Source of the DNA: Candidatus Lokiarchaeum ossiferum
GTDB taxonomy: Archaea > Asgardarchaeota > Lokiarchaeia > Sigyniarchaeales > Promethearchaeaceae
Reading direction: 5' to 3'
DNA length: 32,000 nucleotides
Assembly: GCA_025839675.1 (NCBI GenBank)
Contig: CP104013.1
Location: forward strand, 510,001 to 542,000
In this document: positions 25,653 through 32,000 of the stretch, piece after piece
How positions within the stretch are numbered: the first letter of the stretch is position 1
Layout of the letters: every line of letters begins with the position of its first letter
Translations under genes and position numbers: made by a program
The notes under the pieces: generated by a model
What the model saw: the letters and a program-made list of their open reading frames with translations, nothing else
What the model was told of the DNA's origin: nothing
Database searches by the model: none

Positions 25653-26733
25653 TCAATTTTGCCTCAGTTCTAAAAAATATTTGGATATATGGTTCTAAAT
25701 TTGGATTAATAGTATAAAAAATTGATCTTCCTTCAGGGTGATAAATAACGAACTTCTTTTCTTTAAGTTGGGATAAATGGTAAGAAACAGTGGCTTTTGT
25801 AAGATTGAATTTTTCAATTAGCTTGGATGCATAAACTTTCTGATTTCGGGATAAAATTAAGATTTCCTTTAAAAAATTCTTATGTTGATTGCTTAATTTT
25901 TCTAATTCTGTTATAAGGCTTAAATTCATTTCATCTCTCGCAAAATTTATTGATTCGAGAGTAAATTCATCTAAATTCAATAGAAATTGCTTTTTCACAC
26001 TTTTTATGAAAAGTCGAATATACATTTCGGGATTCCCACCGGAATACTTGAAAAAAAAGGAGTTAAAACTCAAAATGTCTTGTTTATCTCCCTTAAATTC
26101 TTGAACCAATATATCAAGAAGACTTTCTGCATTCTTTTCTGTTAAAGAATTAATATAATAAGTATTAATATTAGGAAACAAATTTAAAATTTCATCATTA
26201 TTATAGAAAAAAGTATCCACTGCCCAAGATGATATTATAAGTTTATTTTTGAAGTAATTTTCTTTTGAAGAGAATATATTAAAGAAATCTTTTCGTTTTT
26301 CACAAGAATCAAACAATAAAATATTGTACAATTGAGAATCATTTAGAATTTCATCTAATTTCTCCGGATTGTCCACATTTTGCCAATCAATATAGTTTAC
26401 TTTTAAATTATCTTCAATTTCTTTAATTAAAGAGAGAATTGTATTAAGATAAAGTGTTTTACCACTACCTTTAACTCCGACAAGGGAAATATGGATTGGA
26501 TCATCTTGATTATTAATGAAATACCCAACACTTTTTCCTAATTTGGCGATTAAGTCAAGATCCAGTGCAAGATATTCTAGATTATGAAATAAATATTTTT
26601 TTGTTAGGTTATAATTTAATAAATAGTTTGGAAATCCTTGATTTTCTAACCAGGACATGTAATTTTCAAATTTTCCATCTTTTCCTTCTTTATACGACAG
26701 TTTGAAAGCTTTTCTTAAATCAGTGTTTTTCAT
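25621..26733 (-). CDS. P-loop NTPase (AAA+/Orc1-Cdc6-like or archaeal-ATPase-like) fused to a C-terminal winged-helix (ArsR-like) DNA-binding domain
   Basis: Walker A is GVKGSGKT (about nt 26455-26478). Walker B-like is YNILLFDSCE. The C-terminal KLIEKFNLTKATVSYHLSQLKEKKFVIYHPEGRSIFYTINP is an ArsR-type HTH plus wing (about 25683-25866). Confidence 0.75.
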   Translation of the reverse strand: MKNTDLRKAFKLSYKEGKDGKFENYMSWLENQGFPNYLLNYNLTKKYLFHNLEYLALDLDLIAKLGKSVGYFINNQDDPIHISLVGVKGSGKTLYLNTILSLIKEIEDNLKVNYIDWQNVDNPEKLDEILNDSQLYNILLFDSCEKRKDFFNIFSSKENYFKNKLIISSWAVDTFFYNNDEILNLFPNINTYYINSLTEKNAESLLDILVQEFKGDKQDILSFNSFFFKYSGGNPEMYIRLFIKSVKKQFLLNLDEFTLESINFARDEMNLSLITELEKLSNQHKNFLKEILILSRNQKVYASKLIEKFNLTKATVSYHLSQLKEKKFVIYHPEGRSIFYTINPNLEPYIQIFFRTEAKLNDKTRNLQNL

Positions 26734-26840
26734 TTTTCATCCAGCATTAATAATTATATGAATTTCAAACAATTAAATCTTTTCGAACTATTAAAAAAGT
26801 GATGACAATTAAAATTTTTTAATTTAAACTAGGAAGAAAG

Positions 26841-26849
26841 TTTATATAA
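26841..26849 (+). promoter_or_regulatory. TATA-like box in the divergent intergenic region, candidate promoter of the plus-strand nuclease operon
   Basis: AAGTTTATATAAGGG lies about 75 nt upstream of the ATG at 26924. No alternative was examined experimentally. Confidence 0.3.
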
Positions 26850-26923
26850 GGGAGTTAATTCTAATCGTTTGATAGGTTCGAAATGTATTAATCATTTGAA
26901 ATTGAAAAAATGGATTGAGAAAA

Positions 26924-27199
26924 ATGTCAAGGTATAAGGTAGTAAAGGTTATAGATGGAGATACTTTCGTTGTTTCACCTGGTTGGTCATGGAAAGGCAA
27001 AAAAGGAAATCGAGTTAGACCTGAAGGGTATGATGCCCGTGAATTGAACCAATATGGAGGAAAAACAGATATGAAAAAACTTGAGAAACTTATCTTAGGA
27101 AAAACAATTGAAATCACTAAAAATATAAAATTTAGCTATAATCGGTTGTTATATGTTGTAAAATATCGAGGAAAGGATTTAAAGAATTCTATGAAGTGA
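26924..27199 (+). CDS. Miniature staphylococcal-nuclease (SNase/thermonuclease)-like protein (91 aa)
   Basis: KVVKVIDGDTFVV corresponds to the SNase VIDGDT Ca-site Asp. RVRPEGYDARE corresponds to R35/D40/E43 of FRLLLVDTPE. KFSYNRLLYVVKYRGKDL corresponds to YGRGLAYIYADGK with R87. The ORF track starts at the TTG at 26915; I use the ATG at 26924. Confidence 0.6.
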   Translation: MSRYKVVKVIDGDTFVVSPGWSWKGKKGNRVRPEGYDARELNQYGGKTDMKKLEKLILGKTIEITKNIKFSYNRLLYVVKYRGKDLKNSMK

Positions 27200-27228
27200 A
27201 GAGAAATTGTGGATGTGTGTGAAAAAAA

Positions 27229-27468
27229 GTGTATAGATTAACATATAGAGATAAAAATGGATACAAACGATATTGTAATTCGGGAAAATTGGTTCATCGT
27301 CATGTTGCCGAATGTAAATTAGGCAGAAAGCTTCGTCGAGGTGAAGTGGTGCATCATAAAAATCGAAATAAAATGGATAATAGCCGATCGAACTTGTGGG
27401 TATGTAAAAGTCAAACGCAACATGAATATTATCACAAAAAAGATAAACGAAACACTGGGAGATGGTAA
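27229..27468 (+). CDS. HNH endonuclease (small, HNH_3-like, 79 aa)
   Basis: VHRHVAECKLGRKLRRGEVVHHKNRNKMDNSRSNLWVCKSQTQHEYYH matches the pattern HR.v.e..lGr.l..ge.VHHkN.nk.DNr..NL......H. The start is GTG; there is no in-frame ATG upstream of the motif. Confidence 0.8.
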   Translation: MYRLTYRDKNGYKRYCNSGKLVHRHVAECKLGRKLRRGEVVHHKNRNKMDNSRSNLWVCKSQTQHEYYHKKDKRNTGRW

Positions 27469-30400
27469 ATATGTCAAAAACTGCAGTTCCTGTAAATAAT
27501 GAGTCTTTTACAGTCAAATTCTGGAAAAATTTAATAGATTATTATTTTGAAATGCCTAATTTATGGACAGAAGAATTTTTGAGTTTAAAGAACTTCTCCC
27601 ATTTTCAAAGCAAAATAATAGGGCAAAGTTTGAAAGATTGTTCGAAGTATAGGTCAGATAAGGCAACAAATATACGAAACGTATGGGGTGAGATTTTAAA
27701 AGAACTTCCAAAACTTGATCAACGCCTTGGCCAAATAATATATCGCTACATTAAAACCAAAGTCAAACAAAATATAGAAACCATAAATGCAAGCAAATTT
27801 GGATTTGAAAAAGAATTTGATGCACAATTACTGATGGAAAATCAAACAATTGATAGTCATTTTTCAAATATTAATAAAGAATCATTGAAGAAAGGAGAAT
27901 TCATAAGTACAGAGCATCAAGACCTCCTTCCGGCAACCTTAACTATCGAAACTGATCAAGAATCGAGAGAAATTAATATTCAATTGATGCAAGTTCTTCA
28001 TAAAGTATTTATTTCAAAAATTAGTAAAGAAAATCGAAGAAATGCTCAAAAATTCTTTGATTCAATGTTGGAAGGATATAAAATATGGGAAACACAAAAT
28101 CAAGGGAAAAAGAATTTTATTTCCCGTTCAAAAGACCAATATAAGAAATTAAAAAAGAATCTAAACATTCTAAAAGAATACTTAACTTCAGGGGAATTGA
28201 AAGATATATATTCTGAGCTGGTTGAAACATTAAATAAAACCTCATATAAAGGTGCCAGTTTTCCTTCATTTCCTGGAATTATTCGTAAGGAAGATCTTCA
28301 ACATGCTCCCCCAACAAATTTGGATCTGTTTCAATTTATAATCCCAGCATTCGGTATGGGATGGGACTTTAATAAGAATATTTATCTCAATTTCATTGGA
28401 ATTAATCAAGTACTTCTAGAAATTCAAAGAGAATTGGAAGAAGAAGATCCTAATTCATCTAAACTTCAAAAAATTAAGGAGATTCAAACCAAACTGGTGC
28501 AATTCTTTTCCAGAAATTACATAATTGACATAAGTGACTTTTCTCCCGATGATTTAATGGCAATATACGCGATAATGGAGGATTCTGGTAAGCAAAAAGA
28601 AATTTTTGGAGAAATATGCTCAGAATATAGAACTTCAATTGATGGGATACAATTATTTGACATTCAATTTGGGAGAAACAATTATCCTTTAGAAATTGAA
28701 ACGAGTAATGAAATTACGAACAATACTCTCAATGTCTTCATTATGGTGAATAATTGGGGAAAATCCAAAGAATTTCCTTGGAAAGATGGTGTGAATAATA
28801 TATTACCAGATATGTTGTTGACATTATTAGCTAATGCAGGTATTTGGCCAAGTAAAATTGCAGTTTATGTAAAGAGTATGGATTTTGAATTAGCCCAAGA
28901 CGAAAGATGGGATTATGAAAAAAGGATCTACAGAATATTGAAATCAATATTAGATGGTACGATACTTAAAGTTTTAATGGATCTTGGAGGAAAAGAAAAC
29001 CGAAACATTGACCAAGAGATGATTAGATTAAATTCAAATGATGATATCTTAGTCATCCCAATTCTTAATCAATTGTCTTCAAAATTAGGTAAAAAAAGCA
29101 ATCTCCATCGGTATTACTATGAATTAATTGAAGTTACTACAATCTTAAATCGTATTATCGATCATAAAGAATTCGGCCCAAGTGAGAATTTTTCATCCAA
29201 AAACATGTGTCTTACTCATATACAAGAAAAAATAATTAATTCAATACAAAGTCAGGACGAGAAAAACTGCTTTATCATTCAAATGTTCAATCGATTATTT
29301 GATATGAAGAATTTATTTGAAACAAACAATATGTGGAATAAATTTAATGAAAATGAACAAAAAATGATTTTACAATTATTTAATGAGAAGTTTTCTCAAA
29401 ATTTCGAGTTTCATGATGTGTATGATGTTAGTTATTCATCTCAAGAAGAAAACTTGAAATTGAGAGCGAGTCTTTTTGAAACAAAGTCAGGGACAAAAAA
29501 AATCCTCCCTTATTACTATATAATTCACAGGATATTACGAATTCGAGCAAAAGATACTCCATTACTAGATTTTTTAAAAGGTTGTGAGAATGATAGTATT
29601 GATTTATTCGAGCAAAAAATAAAGGAATATTTTGACGATCCCTTGACTAAAAAAGCTTTAACCTATTTACCGGGAATATTTGTTAAACCAGGTGCTTTAT
29701 TTCCACGTTTAATGAATACTTCTTCATCTTTGAGAAAAAACTTTGGTCTTGGATTGCATTTAAAGTTTAAAGAAGAAAAAACAACATATTCGGATGTTTT
29801 AGTAATCAATATTGAAGGAACGACGCTCAATAGTAATCAATTTGATGAAAATCAGCAAGAACGTATTATTCGAATTAGTGTTTATCAATATTCTTTGAAG
29901 AAGAAACCGAGAGTAATTTTTGATGAATTTTTCTTTAAAAATTCGACAAAAGAAGTGGATTACGATAAAATCATAGAAAATACCGTGATTTCCACTTGTG
30001 CATCCACTAATATCCCCATTATTGTACGAGCAAAAAACCGTTCAAAATCTGGTGATTGGTTAGCAAATAAAGTGGATACTGAGGAAATATCAAAAAACGC
30101 ATTAATCAATAATGAAACATGGCGTGATTTTATAAGATATTCAAGGAGTAAAGGAAATCAAGACAAGAATATACCCCTAGTTGGATATATCAAAAATTAT
30201 GTGCCAATTCCTTATGTGAAATTAAAATCATCTAATTCATCAGTTCGGGTTTTAAAGTTGAAGTTTATTTCTCAATTCGTTGAGCAAACCGAAATGGAAG
30301 AGTATGAATCTTTCATATACTTAATTTTCAAGGGAACTGATCAGAAAGGGACAAATTTACTATATGCTCATGCAAGTGCCTTGCTTTCTTTCACAAAAAA

Positions 30401-30617
30401 AGGGGATGCTCTCACAAATTCTGAAGAAAACAATATCTTTGATCTTCTTATTTTAAGTGCGGCACTCGGTGATGAAAAAAGAAGTATTGGTCTTTCTGGA
30501 TTAGAAAGATTATTTGTTTATCCTTATACGGATGTAAGCTTCCGGATATATGGTCCTGCAATATTCTTATATGGATTAGAGGCGATAACTTATGCAAAAA
30601 GAAATGAATACGAATAA
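27462..30617 (+). CDS. Large hypothetical protein (1051 aa), no recognisable catalytic or binding motif
   Basis: A long uninterrupted ORF. Its start overlaps the HNH stop (ATGGTAA) and its end overlaps the next ORF by 26 nt, implying translational coupling. The sequence is Lys/Asn/Ile/Glu-rich with no P-loop and no TM segment. Confidence 0.75.
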   Translation: MVNMSKTAVPVNNESFTVKFWKNLIDYYFEMPNLWTEEFLSLKNFSHFQSKIIGQSLKDCSKYRSDKATNIRNVWGEILKELPKLDQRLGQIIYRYIKTKVKQNIETINASKFGFEKEFDAQLLMENQTIDSHFSNINKESLKKGEFISTEHQDLLPATLTIETDQESREINIQLMQVLHKVFISKISKENRRNAQKFFDSMLEGYKIWETQNQGKKNFISRSKDQYKKLKKNLNILKEYLTSGELKDIYSELVETLNKTSYKGASFPSFPGIIRKEDLQHAPPTNLDLFQFIIPAFGMGWDFNKNIYLNFIGINQVLLEIQRELEEEDPNSSKLQKIKEIQTKLVQFFSRNYIIDISDFSPDDLMAIYAIMEDSGKQKEIFGEICSEYRTSIDGIQLFDIQFGRNNYPLEIETSNEITNNTLNVFIMVNNWGKSKEFPWKDGVNNILPDMLLTLLANAGIWPSKIAVYVKSMDFELAQDERWDYEKRIYRILKSILDGTILKVLMDLGGKENRNIDQEMIRLNSNDDILVIPILNQLSSKLGKKSNLHRYYYELIEVTTILNRIIDHKEFGPSENFSSKNMCLTHIQEKIINSIQSQDEKNCFIIQMFNRLFDMKNLFETNNMWNKFNENEQKMILQLFNEKFSQNFEFHDVYDVSYSSQEENLKLRASLFETKSGTKKILPYYYIIHRILRIRAKDTPLLDFLKGCENDSIDLFEQKIKEYFDDPLTKKALTYLPGIFVKPGALFPRLMNTSSSLRKNFGLGLHLKFKEEKTTYSDVLVINIEGTTLNSNQFDENQQERIIRISVYQYSLKKKPRVIFDEFFFKNSTKEVDYDKIIENTVISTCASTNIPIIVRAKNRSKSGDWLANKVDTEEISKNALINNETWRDFIRYSRSKGNQDKNIPLVGYIKNYVPIPYVKLKSSNSSVRVLKLKFISQFVEQTEMEEYESFIYLIFKGTDQKGTNLLYAHASALLSFTKKGDALTNSEENNIFDLLILSAALGDEKRSIGLSGLERLFVYPYTDVSFRIYGPAIFLYGLEAITYAKRNEYE

Positions 30618-32000
30618 AAATCCTATTCCAATTCCATTGTTATTTGGAGAAGCATACGAATTAGGTAATTATATGGGAATGCTTTCAGTTGTAGAAAGTA
30701 TTAAGAATAAAAAGATGCTCTCGTTAAAAGCAAATGGAGATGTCTTTAATCCCATTGAAATTGACGTAGAATGCATTCAAGATTTTAGTATCCAATTTGA
30801 GAGAATGTATGGAATAAATTTTATTGAACTAAAAGAGATCTTTGCTCGACTAAGACCTTTAGGAGAAACAATTTCAATTGAAGATCAACTTTTTCGATTT
30901 AACTCGGATTTACATGAATTTGGAAAGACAATTGTTCACAGATCAGTTAAAAGTCGTAGTAATTTCGTCAAAGTATCCCAATCTGAAATAGAGATATTGA
31001 TTAAAGAATTAACAAATGAAATTAATGGAGTAAATTTTGTATTAGAAATTATTTCCGGTTTTTTTGATGGTCAATCGTTTGTTGAATGGTGTGAATTGCA
31101 ATTTCATGATGATTTTAACATTTTAATTGAAATGAATCTTTATGATGAGCAAAATCCAGAGAATCACGCAAAAAAACCAGATCTAATGGTAGTTCAAAAC
31201 AAAAAAGTGGTTTTAATCGGCGATATTAAATCATATTTTCCATTCATTAGACAAAATCGAACAAATCGGTTAAAAGATGCCTTAAATCAAATTCCGGTCG
31301 AAGGATTAAATAGTGAAATGTTAAAAGATTCATCATTTGTTCCTGAAGCCCTGTATTTGAATGATTTTGTAAAACGATATAATCTTTTGACCCGGTATTT
31401 TAAAATGATGATGTATGTTGAGATCATTTATCAAAATAGTGATGAACTCTTTCAACAGAATCCTTTATTTAGTATTGTTGTGCTTCCTGGAAAATCTGTA
31501 TTATTCCATTTCCAAAATTATTCCGATTTTGAAGAAAAACGCGAAATCCTCTTGAAAACAATTCCGTTTAAGATCAAAGATCCAAATTCTTGTGATTATG
31601 ATATAAAAGAAAAGATACTTAATGAGCATCAAGTTGATTTGGAATATGATTTATTAACAGGAGATAGATATATCGAACCAAATAATGAGAAAGGACAGTA
31701 TCTAATACGAGAAAGATACTATGATAGACCAGAAGACCTAACGATTCCCTTAGGTAAAATCCCCGTTTTTTCAGCAGCGGAAGAAATAAAAACAGCAATA
31801 GAACCTCCTATTGCTAAAGGATGGAAAGGTACACCTGTGTTAAATATTCAAACACTACATTTGAAGAAAATAATTAAAAAGTTAACACAGGAAAACTCAA
31901 AGTTCCACTGTATTATTGATGGATCAGACCAAGGAACAGGTAAAAATTTCTCGTTTGCTAAATATATCAAGTATCTTGATAATGAGGATATAGAACAATC
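30592..32000 (+). CDS. Hypothetical protein, 5' part only (469+ codons, open to the window edge); PD-(D/E)xK nuclease-like motif and a P-loop-like motif
   Basis: Absent from the ORF track. I translated every codon from the ATG at 30592 to 32000 without meeting a stop (MQKEMNTNKNPIPIPLLFGEAYELGNYMGM...). KKPDLMVVQNKKVVLIGDIKSY (PD at 31177-31182, DIK at 31222-31230) fits the PD-x13-DxK pattern. FHCIIDGSDQGTGKNFS (31921-31947) resembles helicase/NTPase motif I, with Asn in place of Thr/Ser. Confidence 0.7.
   Translation, partial: MQKEMNTNKNPIPIPLLFGEAYELGNYMGMLSVVESIKNKKMLSLKANGDVFNPIEIDVECIQDFSIQFERMYGINFIELKEIFARLRPLGETISIEDQLFRFNSDLHEFGKTIVHRSVKSRSNFVKVSQSEIEILIKELTNEINGVNFVLEIISGFFDGQSFVEWCELQFHDDFNILIEMNLYDEQNPENHAKKPDLMVVQNKKVVLIGDIKSYFPFIRQNRTNRLKDALNQIPVEGLNSEMLKDSSFVPEALYLNDFVKRYNLLTRYFKMMMYVEIIYQNSDELFQQNPLFSIVVLPGKSVLFHFQNYSDFEEKREILLKTIPFKIKDPNSCDYDIKEKILNEHQVDLEYDLLTGDRYIEPNNEKGQYLIRERYYDRPEDLTIPLGKIPVFSAAEEIKTAIEPPIAKGWKGTPVLNIQTLHLKKIIKKLTQENSKFHCIIDGSDQGTGKNFSFAKYIKYLDNEDIEQ

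Noticed and set aside
25889-26104. ORF 25889-26104(+)
   Set aside because: It is antisense within the ATPase-wHTH gene.
26842-27517. Minus-strand ORFs 26842-27117 and 27179-27517
   Set aside because: They overlap the SNase-like and HNH ORFs, which have specific catalytic motifs on the plus strand. The minus-strand products are Phe/Ile/Tyr-rich translations of AT-rich antisense sequence.
29740-29790. Primase-polymerase (AEP) motif II-like GLGLHL in the 1051-aa protein
   Set aside because: No convincing DxD motif I or hD motif III sits at appropriate spacing. A single short match is insufficient.
1-32000. CRISPR arrays, IS elements with terminal inverted repeats, and integrase/transposase genes
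   Set aside because: I found no regularly spaced direct repeats. No ORF carries tyrosine or serine recombinase or DDE signatures. The only mobility evidence is indirect: the tRNA fragment, the direct repeat and the composition shift.

Overview
This is an AT-rich prokaryotic window. The host is probably archaeal. Evidence for that: TATA-like boxes sit about 22-28 nt upstream of start codons, implying leaderless or short-leader mRNAs. The antitoxin is of the archaeal VapB type. The giant surface proteins are dense in N-x-S/T sequons, and the larger one ends in a TM anchor with a basic tail. A lineage guess such as Asgard/Lokiarchaeia-like is only a guess.

Layout from left to right:
(1) A minus-strand defence-type cluster. 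It holds a vapBC toxin-antitoxin pair, a 987-aa Eco57I/type-IIG-like N6-adenine DNA methyltransferase, and the start of an OLD/AAA15-like ATPase that runs off the left edge.
(2) A 7-TM membrane protein, a small protein and a soluble PAS-HisKA-HATPase-REC hybrid kinase.
(3) An 11.5-kb two-gene operon for giant secreted or surface proteins (1629 aa and 2220 aa).
(4) An OsmC/Ohr-family gene and a TPR protein. This pair is bracketed by an imperfect direct repeat of about 55 nt, which copies the last codons plus terminator of the 2220-aa gene.
(5) A gene-poor, very AT-rich patch with an orphan GIY-YIG-domain protein and an isolated tRNA 3'-end fragment followed by palindromes. This is a probable att site or island junction.
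(6) The most interesting part is a divergent locus from 24.9 kb to the right edge. One arm encodes a P-loop ATPase fused to a wHTH plus a 248-aa unknown protein. The other arm is a tightly coupled operon: a mini SNase-like nuclease, an HNH nuclease, a 1051-aa protein with no recognisable motif, and an ORF missing from the ORF track. That last ORF is open to the window edge and carries a PD-(D/E)xK motif and a P-loop-like motif.

I cannot assign locus (6) to any named defence or mobile-element system, so I flag it as the candidate novel system. I saw no CRISPR array, no rRNA, no complete tRNA and no recognisable integrase or transposase.
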